Positions 50,906 to 60,408 of a stretch of DNA of 64,000 nucleotides are shown here, piece by piece. The DNA is taken from assembly GCF_020037015.1 (NCBI RefSeq), contig NZ_JAIQDE010000007.1:243886-307885 (forward strand). The letters run 5' to 3'. The stretch comes from Corallococcus sp. AS-1-6. Its GTDB lineage: Bacteria; Myxococcota; Myxococcia; Myxococcales; Myxococcaceae. The notes beneath the pieces were generated by a model. It made no database searches. It had not been told where the DNA came from and was given only the letters and a program-made list of their open reading frames with translations. The translations under genes and the position numbers were made by a program. How positions within the stretch are numbered: position 1 is the first letter of the stretch; every line of letters starts with the position of its first letter.

Positions 50906-52816
50906 ATGAACCGCTCAATCCTGCTGAAGAGCGCGTGGTGCGCCCTGCTGGTGCCCCTGCTGTCCTGCAACCTCCTCAAGGTCACTGACGACGAGGGGTC
51001 CACGACGGGCCGCGGTGCCAAGCGGTTCGACCCCTACCAGGGCCTCAACTCCGGCGCGATCCGGCTGAGCCTCCAGTACATCAACGGCTGCGCCTTCCTG
51101 CCCAACGGGCAGATGGTGGCGAAGAACAGCGTGACCCCGGGGTATCCGGACACGTGCATCACGCCGCTCGCGCAGAACCCGCTGACGCTGTCGCCTCCCA
51201 CCGGGACGCTGCAGATCCTGTCGGACACGCAGTACTTCCTGAACCAGTTCTCCGTGTCGGAGACGGTGGTCAACCAGCACAACAACCCCAACGACCAGAC
51301 CGCCGCGCTGGCGTGGATCAAGAACCAGTCCGTGTTCTCCGGCCTGGACTGGACCAACGTCAACCAGGGCCCGGACGAGTGGAGCTTCTACAGCCTCGCG
51401 GGCGCGGTGGAGGACTGCTGGACCCGCGAGGTGCAGTTCGGCAACGCGAACTGGCAGAAGGTGAAGGACGACACCATCACCGTGGAGGTGCTGGACGAGA
51501 CGGGCACCCCGCGCGCGAGCCAGACGTACCTGCGCTCGGAGCTGCTGGCCTCCTCGCCCTACGCCGGCCACAGCCGCTTCTCCTGGCGCTCGGAGAACCT
51601 GAAGCCGCCGCGCTTCCCCGGCGACAAGGACCCCGGCACCGTGACGGGCTTCGCGGGCGGCCTGGACCAGAGCGCCATCACGCGCACCATCGCGCGCGTG
51701 GACTGGGTGGGCAGCACCAACCCCTTCAAGGTGCTGCGCGTGCCGCGCCTGTCGGGCCCCGGCGCGCTCCGGGCCACCTGGAGCCAGTTGCCGGACAAGC
51801 CGTTCTACTTCCCCGTCACGTACATCATCCCGGATGACCGCCCGTCCACCTGCACGGACGACGCCGGCAACCCGGTGCAGTGCAGCCCGGGCCTGGACTC
51901 GCGGCTGGTGTTCTCGCCCCCGAAGGAGGGCAGCTTCTACAAGCCCGGCGAGGACGTGAGCGTCTACGTGGACCTGCGCGACAGCGCGGGCGCGCACCTG
52001 CACTCGCGCGACCTGCTGCCCAGCGCGCGGGAGATCATCGGCGGCCAGTCCAACGGCATCCAGACCTTCGTCCCCAACGTCATCGCGACCGTCACGGAGA
52101 ACGACTCCATCTCCAACGTGGCCATCGCCGGTCCCATCCAGGACCTGAAGGTGCTGGGCAATCCCAGCGACAAGCCCGAGTTCTTCGCGCGGCCGTTCCC
52201 GTTCGCCATGCTGGATGACGCCACGCTCACGGGGCTGACGCCGGGCCTCATCGACTACAAGTGGCCCACCCGCCAGACGTTCACGCTGCCCGCGAACGCG
52301 AAGCCGGGCACCTACGTGGCGCTGGTGAAGTTCAACCGCGCGGCCCTGGGCGAGCGCGTCGCCAAGCTGAACCCCTTCTTCTTCCAGGTGGGCCAGGACG
52401 AGCCCACGACGTACCCGGGCAACGTGGGCAACTGCCAGATCTGCCACCGCGGCGTGCTGTCGCTGGACAACCTGCGCCACGGCCTGTCGGTGGACCACAT
52501 CGAGAGCTGCAAGGTCTGCCACCACTACGACACGGACACGGTGGGCCGCACGCAGGAGATGGTGCACCGCATCCACATGAACTCGCCCAGCTACCCGGCG
52601 AACCGCGCGGACTGCACCGTGTGCCACCTGACGCGCAAGAGCACGGAGCGGCCCAGCCTGGCGCTGTGCGGCTCGTGCCACATCTCCCAGCACGGGGACG
52701 AGTTCTTCCAGATCGCCTTCAACCAGCGCGGCACGCCCAGCCGGTTCGGCAACTGCGCGCAGACCTGCCACGGCGGCGAGCAGCTCCCCGCCCGACACAT
52801 CCTCCCCGCGAAGTAG
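50906..52816 (+). CDS. multihaem c-type cytochrome lipoprotein (large N-terminal non-haem domain plus C-terminal 4-5 haem module)
   Basis: The lipobox is LLVPLLSCNLL. Haem-binding sites are CQICH, CKVCH, CTVCH, CGSCH and a CxxxCH (CAQTCH), clustered in the last 140 aa or so. The start is ATG 50906. The ORF track starts at 50762. Confidence 0.85.
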   Translation: MNRSILLKSAWCALLVPLLSCNLLKVTDDEGSTTGRGAKRFDPYQGLNSGAIRLSLQYINGCAFLPNGQMVAKNSVTPGYPDTCITPLAQNPLTLSPPTGTLQILSDTQYFLNQFSVSETVVNQHNNPNDQTAALAWIKNQSVFSGLDWTNVNQGPDEWSFYSLAGAVEDCWTREVQFGNANWQKVKDDTITVEVLDETGTPRASQTYLRSELLASSPYAGHSRFSWRSENLKPPRFPGDKDPGTVTGFAGGLDQSAITRTIARVDWVGSTNPFKVLRVPRLSGPGALRATWSQLPDKPFYFPVTYIIPDDRPSTCTDDAGNPVQCSPGLDSRLVFSPPKEGSFYKPGEDVSVYVDLRDSAGAHLHSRDLLPSAREIIGGQSNGIQTFVPNVIATVTENDSISNVAIAGPIQDLKVLGNPSDKPEFFARPFPFAMLDDATLTGLTPGLIDYKWPTRQTFTLPANAKPGTYVALVKFNRAALGERVAKLNPFFFQVGQDEPTTYPGNVGNCQICHRGVLSLDNLRHGLSVDHIESCKVCHHYDTDTVGRTQEMVHRIHMNSPSYPANRADCTVCHLTRKSTERPSLALCGSCHISQHGDEFFQIAFNQRGTPSRFGNCAQTCHGGEQLPARHILPAK

Positions 52817-52831
52817 GGGAAGCACCCCGCC

Positions 52832-53953
52832 ATGCAAAGAGCTCTCTTCGTCGGAACGCTCCTCGGCGCGGCCCTGCTGAACGCGGGCTGCCAGGACTCC
52901 ACCAACCCCGCGGCGTCCACCTTCACGCCGCGCCCCACGTATGAGAACCGCGAGCCGGAGGGCCTCACCTCCCGCGTGACGGGCTTCACCGTGGATCCGG
53001 AGGCCTACTTCCTCAACCTGGCCAACTGCGCGCCGCCGCCCGCGCAGTGCGCGCTGCCGCCGCTGTACGCGGAGTTCAGCCCGCTCCTGCAGCGCGCGGT
53101 GGTGCGCAACGCGCCCATCACCCTGCAGGACACGCAGCCGGACCCCGCCACGGGCCAGCCGCCCGCGCCGGGCGCGCCCACGGTGTCGGACGCCAACGGC
53201 ATCTGGACCCTGGACAAGGTGCCCACCCGCCGGGGCGCGCCGTTCCTCGTGCTGTCGCTGGGAGGGCAGGCCACGCTGGCCAACAACGCCACGTTGCCGC
53301 TGCCGCCTCCGCTGCCGACGCTGCCGCCCGTGCCGGAGGGGAACTATGTCCCCACGCTGACGGTGCGGCCGGTCGTGCCCGCGCACAGCGCCTGCGTGGG
53401 CCTGGAGGCCCTGCAGATGAGCGACAAGGGCATCCTGGAGGCGGTCGCGAAGTCCCTGACCGCCGAGGGCACGCCCACCACGGTGGCGGACCTGCTCAAC
53501 CCGGCCCGCTTCGGCGGCGTGACGGTGTTCTGGATGTACCGGCCGGGCTTCCCCGTGTTCCGCGTGCCGGCGGCGAACACCACCGTGACGGCCACCTCCG
53601 GCCGCGTGCTGAACGTCGAGTGGGCGCCCCCGGGCGCGCTGCCGCCGGCGCTGGCGCCGTTCCAGTCCACGCGCGGCTTCTTCATCCCGCCGGGGCCGCC
53701 GGCGCCCAACAGCTCCCTGGGCATCGTCGCCGTCGTCCACCCGCCGCTGATGGGGCCGCCGCCCGTGGTCCACTACGAGGCGAAGGACGTCACCACGAGC
53801 GACCCGGAAGGGCGCCCCTGGTCGCTGATGCAGCCGGTGGACCTCCCCGTCATCCCGGGGGTCGTGACGTTCGCCGGCCTCCAGTTGGTCAGCAAGACGC
53901 CGTCCTCGACGCCCCAGATTCCCCCGCCCAGCACCTGCCTGCCGGGCCAGTAG
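52832..53953 (+). CDS. Pro-rich lipoprotein, function unknown
   Basis: The lipobox is LLNAGCQDS. It lies 15 bp after the multihaem cytochrome, with GGGGA before the ATG. Length is 373 aa. Confidence 0.65.
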   Translation: MQRALFVGTLLGAALLNAGCQDSTNPAASTFTPRPTYENREPEGLTSRVTGFTVDPEAYFLNLANCAPPPAQCALPPLYAEFSPLLQRAVVRNAPITLQDTQPDPATGQPPAPGAPTVSDANGIWTLDKVPTRRGAPFLVLSLGGQATLANNATLPLPPPLPTLPPVPEGNYVPTLTVRPVVPAHSACVGLEALQMSDKGILEAVAKSLTAEGTPTTVADLLNPARFGGVTVFWMYRPGFPVFRVPAANTTVTATSGRVLNVEWAPPGALPPALAPFQSTRGFFIPPGPPAPNSSLGIVAVVHPPLMGPPPVVHYEAKDVTTSDPEGRPWSLMQPVDLPVIPGVVTFAGLQLVSKTPSSTPQIPPPSTCLPGQ

Positions 53954-54052
53954 CCGCCTCACCCGTCCCAACGCCGGCGCTCCCTCCACGCCTCCCCGTG
54001 GTGCGGACGGAGCGCCGTGTGCCGTCCCCGTTCATCCGGAGAAGCGTTCCCC

Positions 54053-55306
54053 ATGATGAAGAAGATCCTGATCGCCATTGGTGCGTTGGTCGCCCTGGTC
54101 CTGATTGGCGCGGGCACCGCCATGGGCGTGGCCAGCCACAAGATCAACAAGTCGTATGACTACGTCGCGCTGCCCAACATCACGCGAGACAGCTCTCCGG
54201 AGGGCATTGCCCGCGGTGAGCAGGTGTTCCGCGCGGTGTGCGCGGAGTGTCACGCGGGCGGTGGCAACACCAAGCCCACGGGCGTGCAGATGCACGACTT
54301 CCCGCCGGAGCTGGGCACGTTCTACTCGGCGAACATCACCTCCGACCCGGAGAAGGGCGTGGGCGCCTGGACGGACCAGGAGATCGCCCGCATGGTGATC
54401 AACTCCATCGACAAGAACCACCACGTGCGCCCCATGCCCGCGTTCCCCAACATGGGTGACAAGGACCTGGCGGCGGTCATCGGGTTCATGCGCTCGGGGC
54501 ACCCGGACTTCGCGCCGGAGAAGACCCAGCCGCCGCGCTCCACGCTGACCCCCATGGGCCGGATGGTGTTCTCCTTCGCCATGGGCATCAACGACAAGGG
54601 CCGCACGGAGGCGGTGCCCGTGCCCGCGAAGGCGGCGGACTCCGTGGAGTACGGCCGCTACGTGTCCGCCAGCGTCTACGACTGCGTCTTCTGCCACTCG
54701 CCGGGCTTCGAGGGCAGCGCGGCGAAGATGAAGAACCCGGACACCGTGCTGAGCGGCGGCTTCGAGTTCGACCTGACGCCGCTGGGCGGCGAGGGCAAGC
54801 TGCTGTCGCCCAACATCACCGTCAGCGAGACGGCCGGCATCGGCAAGTGGACGCTGGACGAGTTCAAGCACGCCATGCGCACGGGCGTGACGCCCGCGGG
54901 CCACATCCTGCGCGCGCCCATGCCCAAGTACCGCTACGCGGACGACGTGGAACTCACGGCCATCTACACCTTCCTGCGCTCCATGAAGCCCAACGACACC
55001 GTGGTGCCGCCCCCCGCCGGTGGCCGCCCCAAGGCGGAGCCCTCCAGCGACCCGGAGAAGATGTTCAGCTCCCTGGGCTGCGCGACCTGCCACGCCCCCG
55101 GCAAGGCCTACGAGGCCAAGCTCCAGGGCGCCAAGGGCAAGGCCCCGGAGGAAGTGGCCAAGTGGATCCGCAACCCGGAGTCCTTCAAGCCCGGCACGCA
55201 GATGCCCACCTACGAGTCGCTCGTCGACGAGACCAACGCCCTGGCGCTGGCGAAGTACGTCCTGGGCAGGACGGGCGGCACCGTGAGTGAAGGCACCACG
55301 CCCTGA
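54053..55306 (+). CDS. membrane-anchored trihaem c-type cytochrome
   Basis: The N-terminal TM anchor is ILIAIGALVALVLIGAGTAMG. Three CxxCH sites are CAECH, CVFCH and CATCH. GGAGAAG sits 10 nt upstream of the ATG. Confidence 0.85.
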   Translation: MMKKILIAIGALVALVLIGAGTAMGVASHKINKSYDYVALPNITRDSSPEGIARGEQVFRAVCAECHAGGGNTKPTGVQMHDFPPELGTFYSANITSDPEKGVGAWTDQEIARMVINSIDKNHHVRPMPAFPNMGDKDLAAVIGFMRSGHPDFAPEKTQPPRSTLTPMGRMVFSFAMGINDKGRTEAVPVPAKAADSVEYGRYVSASVYDCVFCHSPGFEGSAAKMKNPDTVLSGGFEFDLTPLGGEGKLLSPNITVSETAGIGKWTLDEFKHAMRTGVTPAGHILRAPMPKYRYADDVELTAIYTFLRSMKPNDTVVPPPAGGRPKAEPSSDPEKMFSSLGCATCHAPGKAYEAKLQGAKGKAPEEVAKWIRNPESFKPGTQMPTYESLVDETNALALAKYVLGRTGGTVSEGTTP

Positions 55307-55327
55307 GTTTGACGGCGGTGTGACAAA

Positions 55328-55378
55328 GGCCCCCGCGTGAGTGTCAACACGCGGGGGGCCCGTGAAACATCACGTTTC
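55328..55378 (+). terminator. tandem hairpins after the trihaem cytochrome gene
   Basis: ggcccccgcgtg-agtgtcaa-cacgcggggggcc forms a 12-bp stem with one bulge. gaaac-atcac-gtttc follows, then a T-rich run. Confidence 0.5.
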
Positions 55379-55464
55379 TTCCGGGGGGGCGGGAGTCACA
55401 GGAAGTACAGGTTGGTATAAGCTTTCATGTGAAGTCGTTCCCCCACCCCGTGGAGCGTCATTCC

Positions 55465-56427
55465 ATGAATGTTTCATCCGCCTCCCCCTCGGCACACCGG
55501 ACGCAGTCCCCCCAGCCGCTTCACCTCCACGAGACGAAGCACCCGGACGCGCAGGGCCCCATCCGGTTGGATGACGTGCTCTGGAACCCGGTCAACGCGG
55601 AGGAGGCGCTGGAAGGGCTGGAGAAGATCCTCGCCCGGCTGAACGCGCGGAATGACTCACGCGCCATCTTCCTGGACATCTACGCCATCGTCACGCGCAA
55701 GGTCGTCCACCTGCTGAGCCGGGAGGACGCGGGCGGCTTCCTCGAACCCGAGTGGCTGTCGCACCTGACGGGCCGCTTCGCGGAGGAGGCGCTCATCGCG
55801 GTGCGGGACTCGCTGAAGAACCTGCCGCTGCCCACCGCGGCGTGGCGCTTCGCGACGCACTACCCGGCGCAGGGCCTGACGCAGCCGTACCAGGACGCGC
55901 TCCTGGGCGTGAGCGCGCACATCAACCACGACCTGGGAATGGTCGTCTACGACAACATCGCCCACCAGTCGCCGCCGGTGGACGCGCGCCGCCTGGCGCG
56001 CTACCGGCATGACTACTTCCACGTGAACGAGATCCTCCGCTCGTGCATCCCGGAGTGCCTGGACCTGCTCGCGGAGCGCTACCGGTGCGCGTCCACGCGG
56101 CTGCTGCTGCGCGTGCCCTTCAGCCGCCCCGTGGTGGAGCGGGCGGTGATGCAGATGCTCATCGTGTGGCGGCAGCGCGTCTGGGACAACGTCGTCGCGA
56201 TGCTGGAGGCGCAGACGCCCGAGGAGCACCAGGCCGTCGTGGAGCGCGTGCGCACCACGTCCGGCCGCATCGCGCAGGCGCTGTGCGCGGACAAGGCGCT
56301 CTGGTGGACGGTGCGCGGCGAGTCTCCGCCGTTCAGCCTGGACCTGCCGCCGGAGGCGTGGCCCGGCGTGGTGCCGCCTCCGGAGCCCGGGCCGGACGCG
56401 GACGCGAGCGCTGCCCGCGCCGGCTAG
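55465..56427 (+). CDS. hypothetical protein
   Basis: The start is ATG 55465 with GGAG 10 nt upstream. The ORF-track GTG at 55429 is the alternative. Length is about 320 aa. A conserved-looking block is GVSAHINHDLGMVVYDNI. Confidence 0.55.
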   Translation: MNVSSASPSAHRTQSPQPLHLHETKHPDAQGPIRLDDVLWNPVNAEEALEGLEKILARLNARNDSRAIFLDIYAIVTRKVVHLLSREDAGGFLEPEWLSHLTGRFAEEALIAVRDSLKNLPLPTAAWRFATHYPAQGLTQPYQDALLGVSAHINHDLGMVVYDNIAHQSPPVDARRLARYRHDYFHVNEILRSCIPECLDLLAERYRCASTRLLLRVPFSRPVVERAVMQMLIVWRQRVWDNVVAMLEAQTPEEHQAVVERVRTTSGRIAQALCADKALWWTVRGESPPFSLDLPPEAWPGVVPPPEPGPDADASAARAG

Positions 56428-56437
56428 CAGGCCGCCT

Positions 56438-57835
56438 TCAGGAGGGCGTGACTCCGGCCACGAGGTAGAAGCGCACCTGGCCGGAGTTGACGGCGTAGGC
56501 GACGTCCACGCCCAGCAGGGGAAGCACGACGTTGTTGAGGTACAGCCGCAGGCCCGCGCCCACGCCCTGGGCCACGGTGACGGGGTTCTGGCCCGTGAGG
56601 GTCTCCCGCAGGTAGTCGCGGATGACGCGCCCGTTGGCGTCGCGGAGGACTCCATCCTCGGGGACGTCCCACCACGCGATGGCGCCCGTGTCGGAGAAGG
56701 CCACGCCCCGGAAGGCCAGCGACTGCACCTTGAAGAGGGGGAAGTGGTACTCGGCCGTGAAGGTGAGGCGGGTGTCGCCGCGGAACTGCCGGTACTGGAA
56801 GCCGCGCAGCGTGGTGCCGCCCATCACCAGCTCCTGGTGGAAGGGCAGGTCCCGGCCCAGGGCCAGCTCGCCGCGCAGCACCAGGTTGTGCTCCGTGAAG
56901 AAGCGGATGCCGTGGCGGTAGAGCAGGCCGAACTTGCGGTAGTCGAACTCGCTCCACACGCCCGGGGTGGAGACCTCGTAGGAGGCCTCCAGGTTGAGCC
57001 CCTCCGTCACCGCGTGCAGCGTCTGGCGCGAGTCCAGGCCCACCATGAGGCGCAGCGACGTGTCCCGCATGGCGGGCCCGGTGGAGAAGGGCGGCACCGT
57101 CACCGGCATCTCGGGGTCCGGAGCCTTCGCGTCGATGCTGGCCAGGCGGTACTTCGCCGCCGCGCGCACGCGCTCGAAGAGGATGAAGCCCAGCTCGGAG
57201 CTGAGGGACGCGGAGTTGAAGCGCGTGCGCCGGAGGATCTCCGGGTCGTCCTCGCTGGCGTCCATGCTGTACTCGTCCACGCGGTCGCTCTTGAGCTGCC
57301 CCTCCAGGCTGAACTTGAGCTGCGGCAGCCCGAAGAGGATGGGGTCCAGGAAGCCCACGTACAGGCCGCTCTCGCCGGTGCTCACCTGCGCCGCGACGGC
57401 GAACTTCTTCGCGCGGCCGCCCAGGTTGTTCTCCGCGTAGAGCAGCCCGCCGCCGGTGTTCGCGGAGGACAGGGCCACCGTGGGCGCCACCACCCACGAC
57501 GCCTTGTCCTTCACGCGCAGCACCAGCCGCACGCGCCCGTCGGGCATCGGCTCCGTGCTCACGCGGGCGTCCTGGAAGAGGCCCGTGGCCAGCAGGCGCC
57601 GCTTCACCTTCTCCAGCTCCTCGTCGTCCACCTCGTCGCCCACGTCCACCTTGCCGAACGAGCGCACCGTCGAGGACCGCGTCTTGTTCGCGCCCTCCAC
57701 CGTCACGTCCCCGACCTCCGAGCGTTGGGAGGTGGACAAGGGCGTGTCCTCGTCGGCGTGGGCCACGGCGGCCCCCAGGCCCGTCAGGGCCAGGGCGAGG
57801 ACGGACAGGTGACGGCGCAGGCAGGAGAGACGCAC
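56438..57835 (-). CDS. Omp85/BamA-superfamily outer-membrane protein with a single POTRA-like domain
   Basis: The C-terminal beta-barrel ends ...VRFYLVAGVTPS. A POTRA-like N-domain is present. The signal peptide begins at a GTG start (MRLSCLRRHLSVLALALTGLGAAVAHA). The ORF-track start at 57931 gives a 40-aa n-region. Confidence 0.7.
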   Translation of the reverse strand: MRLSCLRRHLSVLALALTGLGAAVAHADEDTPLSTSQRSEVGDVTVEGANKTRSSTVRSFGKVDVGDEVDDEELEKVKRRLLATGLFQDARVSTEPMPDGRVRLVLRVKDKASWVVAPTVALSSANTGGGLLYAENNLGGRAKKFAVAAQVSTGESGLYVGFLDPILFGLPQLKFSLEGQLKSDRVDEYSMDASEDDPEILRRTRFNSASLSSELGFILFERVRAAAKYRLASIDAKAPDPEMPVTVPPFSTGPAMRDTSLRLMVGLDSRQTLHAVTEGLNLEASYEVSTPGVWSEFDYRKFGLLYRHGIRFFTEHNLVLRGELALGRDLPFHQELVMGGTTLRGFQYRQFRGDTRLTFTAEYHFPLFKVQSLAFRGVAFSDTGAIAWWDVPEDGVLRDANGRVIRDYLRETLTGQNPVTVAQGVGAGLRLYLNNVVLPLLGVDVAYAVNSGQVRFYLVAGVTPS

Positions 57836-58013
57836 GCACCGCTCATACTCCACGGGCCTCGGGCCCTGGTTGTTCCGGCGTGCGGCGAACGGCGCGTGCG
57901 CGCGATGCTCAACGTTCCGCGCCCAGCTCAACCTGGCGGCGGCTTGCCGTGCGCCCTGGAGAACAATCGCCTTCGGACGGGCGTCCCGGCGCCAGACGTA
58001 TTATCGTCATCAT

Positions 58014-58523
58014 ATGGATGTGCAGCCATCCGGAAGGGACGCGGGCATGGCATCGACGGACGAGGGCGGGCGCCAGGAGCTGTTCCTGGACGACCTGTCG
58101 GTGGGGCAGAAGTTCACCAGCGGTACGCACACGCTGGACGCGGCGCAGATCATCGCCTTCGCGCGGGAGTTCGATCCGCAGGGCTTCCACCTGGACGACG
58201 CCGCGGCGAAGGACACGCTGTTCGAGGGGCTCGCGGCGAGCGGCTGGCACACGGCGGCCCTCACCATGAAGCTCAACGTCCAGAGCGGCCTGCCCTTCAA
58301 GGGCGGCATCGTGGGGGCGGGCGGGGAGCTGCGCTGGCCCAGGCCCACGCGCCCGGGGGACGTCCTTCACGTGGAGAGCGAGGTGCTGGAGATCATCTCC
58401 TCGCGCACGCGGCAGGACCGGGGCATCGCCACCGTGCGCAGCGAGACGCGCAACCAGAGGGGCGACGTGGTGCAGGTGCTCATCGCGAAGCTGGTGCTGC
58501 CCCGCCGCCCGGTGGGCGGGTGA
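58014..58523 (+). CDS. MaoC-like (R)-specific enoyl-CoA hydratase / hot-dog fold dehydratase
   Basis: Hot-dog motifs are FAREFDPQGFHLD and GGIVGAG. Confidence 0.8.
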   Translation: MDVQPSGRDAGMASTDEGGRQELFLDDLSVGQKFTSGTHTLDAAQIIAFAREFDPQGFHLDDAAAKDTLFEGLAASGWHTAALTMKLNVQSGLPFKGGIVGAGGELRWPRPTRPGDVLHVESEVLEIISSRTRQDRGIATVRSETRNQRGDVVQVLIAKLVLPRRPVGG

Positions 58524-58617
58524 GCGGGACGGGACGCTTTGCGTCAGGGCGTGTGGAGGCTACGGTGCGCCCCGCATCGGCCGTGGTCCCCGTCCTGCTC
58601 CCGAGGAGTTCTTCCGC

Positions 58618-59769
58618 ATGTCCCGCGCCGCCCCCGACTTCGACCTGGCCTCCGTGGATGTGGAGGGCTTCTACCGGGAGCTGAAGGAGCTGAGAGCCCG
58701 GCTGGACGCGAACCTGGGGGAGGCGGACGCGGCGCACCTGCGGAAGATGGAGCGCTGGGGGAAGGTGGCGTCGGCGCTGGGGCTGGCCACGGCGTGGATC
58801 GCCCCCAACCCGCTCTCCGCGGTGGCGCTGGGGCTGGGGCGCTCCACGCGCTGGCTGCTCATGCACCACGTGGGGCACCGGGGCTATGACCGCGTGCCGG
58901 GCATGCCCGCGTCGCGCACCAGCAAGGGCTTCGCGAAGGGCCACCGCCGGTTCGTGGACTGGCTGGACTGGATGCTGCCGGAGGCGTGGGTCTTCGAGCA
59001 CAACGTGCTGCACCACTCGCACACCGGCGAGGAGGCGGATCCGGACCTCCTGGAGCGCAACGCGGAGGGCTCGCTGCGCGACACCGGCCGGCCGCTGCCG
59101 CTGCGCTACGTGCAGCTCGCGCTGCTGGCCGTCACCTGGCGCGCGAGCTACTACGCGCCGGAGACGCTGGGCTCGCTGCGCCGCAAGGGCCGGCGCGAGG
59201 GCGGGGCGCTGACGCGCGCGGAGCTGTGGGAGCTCTTCACGCGCTGCTACCTGCCGTACGCGACCGTCTTCTTCGGGCTGTACCCGGCGGCGTTCCTGCT
59301 GGTGTCGCCGTGGGCGGCGTTCAGCGTGTTCTGCAACTCCGTGCTGGCGGACGTCGTCACCAACCTGCACACGTTCTTCGTGGTGGGCCCCAACCACACC
59401 GGCGAGGACCTGTACCGCTTCGACTCCGCGCCCGCGAACAAGGCGGAGCGCATGGTGCAGCAGGTGGTGGGCAGCGCGAACTACCGCACGGGCGGCGACC
59501 TCAACGACTACGCCCACCTGTGGCTGAACTACCAGATCGAGCACCACCTCTGGCCAGACCTGCCGATGCTGAAGTACCGCGAGGCGCAGCCGCACGTGCG
59601 CGCCCTCTGCGAGAAGTACGGCATCCCCTACGTGCAGGAGAGCGTCTGGACGCGCGCGCGGAAGATGGTGGACGTCGTCGTGGGCAAGGCGTCCATGAAG
59701 CGGCTGGTGAAGGCGGCGGCGCCCGGGATGTCGGCCGCGGACGCGCGGGCGGAGGCCTCCGCGGCCTGA
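58618..59769 (+). CDS. membrane fatty-acid desaturase with QxxHH third box (front-end / sphingolipid-type family)
   Basis: His boxes are HHVGHRGY, HNVLHHSH and QIEHHLWPD. GAGGAG sits 10 nt upstream of the ATG. Confidence 0.85.
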   Translation: MSRAAPDFDLASVDVEGFYRELKELRARLDANLGEADAAHLRKMERWGKVASALGLATAWIAPNPLSAVALGLGRSTRWLLMHHVGHRGYDRVPGMPASRTSKGFAKGHRRFVDWLDWMLPEAWVFEHNVLHHSHTGEEADPDLLERNAEGSLRDTGRPLPLRYVQLALLAVTWRASYYAPETLGSLRRKGRREGGALTRAELWELFTRCYLPYATVFFGLYPAAFLLVSPWAAFSVFCNSVLADVVTNLHTFFVVGPNHTGEDLYRFDSAPANKAERMVQQVVGSANYRTGGDLNDYAHLWLNYQIEHHLWPDLPMLKYREAQPHVRALCEKYGIPYVQESVWTRARKMVDVVVGKASMKRLVKAAAPGMSAADARAEASAA

Positions 59770-59772
59770 GCG

Positions 59773-60270
59773 TCAGGCGGGCGGCGCGCGGCGGCGGCGG
59801 GGCAGCGGGGCGAGCGCCACGGGCGTTGCTTCCGCGGCCACGTCCTCCTGGCGCACGGCCTCCACGTTCACCACGCGCACGCCGTCGGGTTGGACGGGCA
59901 GCCCCAGGGTCTCCACGAAGAGGCGGTAGCTCTCCTCCAGGCGGCGGTGCAGCGCGCTGAAGGTCTGGTGCGCGGTGCCGGGCATGTCCTCGGTGTAGGT
60001 GAAGTACCAGCGCAGCTCGTCCAGGCGCCCGTAGAAGTGGTCCACCACCGCCTGCTCCTGCTCGGTCAGGTGGATGAGCTGGGCGAAGGCGCCGTCCGCG
60101 TAGCGCGAGGCCACCGTCTCCACCAGCGGGTCGCGGCTGCGCAGGCGGGAGAAGAGGAGGAACATCTCCTCCCGGCGCGCGGCCAGCCTGCGCATGATGC
60201 CGGCGGCGTCGAGGGCGAGCAGGTTGCGCACGCGCGCGGAGGTTTCGTCGGCCTTCTTGCGGCGAGCCAT
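59773..60270 (-). CDS. hypothetical protein
   Basis: The 165-aa frame has an ATG start at 60270. The ORF track extends to 60948 through non-coding-like sequence. It is convergent with the desaturase, 3 bp away. Confidence 0.5.
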   Translation of the reverse strand: MARRKKADETSARVRNLLALDAAGIMRRLAARREEMFLLFSRLRSRDPLVETVASRYADGAFAQLIHLTEQEQAVVDHFYGRLDELRWYFTYTEDMPGTAHQTFSALHRRLEESYRLFVETLGLPVQPDGVRVVNVEAVRQEDVAAEATPVALAPLPRRRRAPPA

Positions 60271-60408
60271 GGTGCGACACAGCCTACCGTCAGTGGCACC
60301 CCTCCACGCCAGGGGTTGCCCTCTCCTTGGAGAACCGGGCGGCCGAGGCCAGGCCCGCCTCACGGCGATGCGGCGCGGCGGGAGAGCGGTTGTTACGGTG
60401 GGGCCACC

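Noticed and set aside
50915-53989. 1024-aa minus-strand ORF antisense to the cytochrome and lipoprotein genes
   Set aside because: It is an antisense artefact. CxxCH motifs and lipoboxes are on the plus strand.
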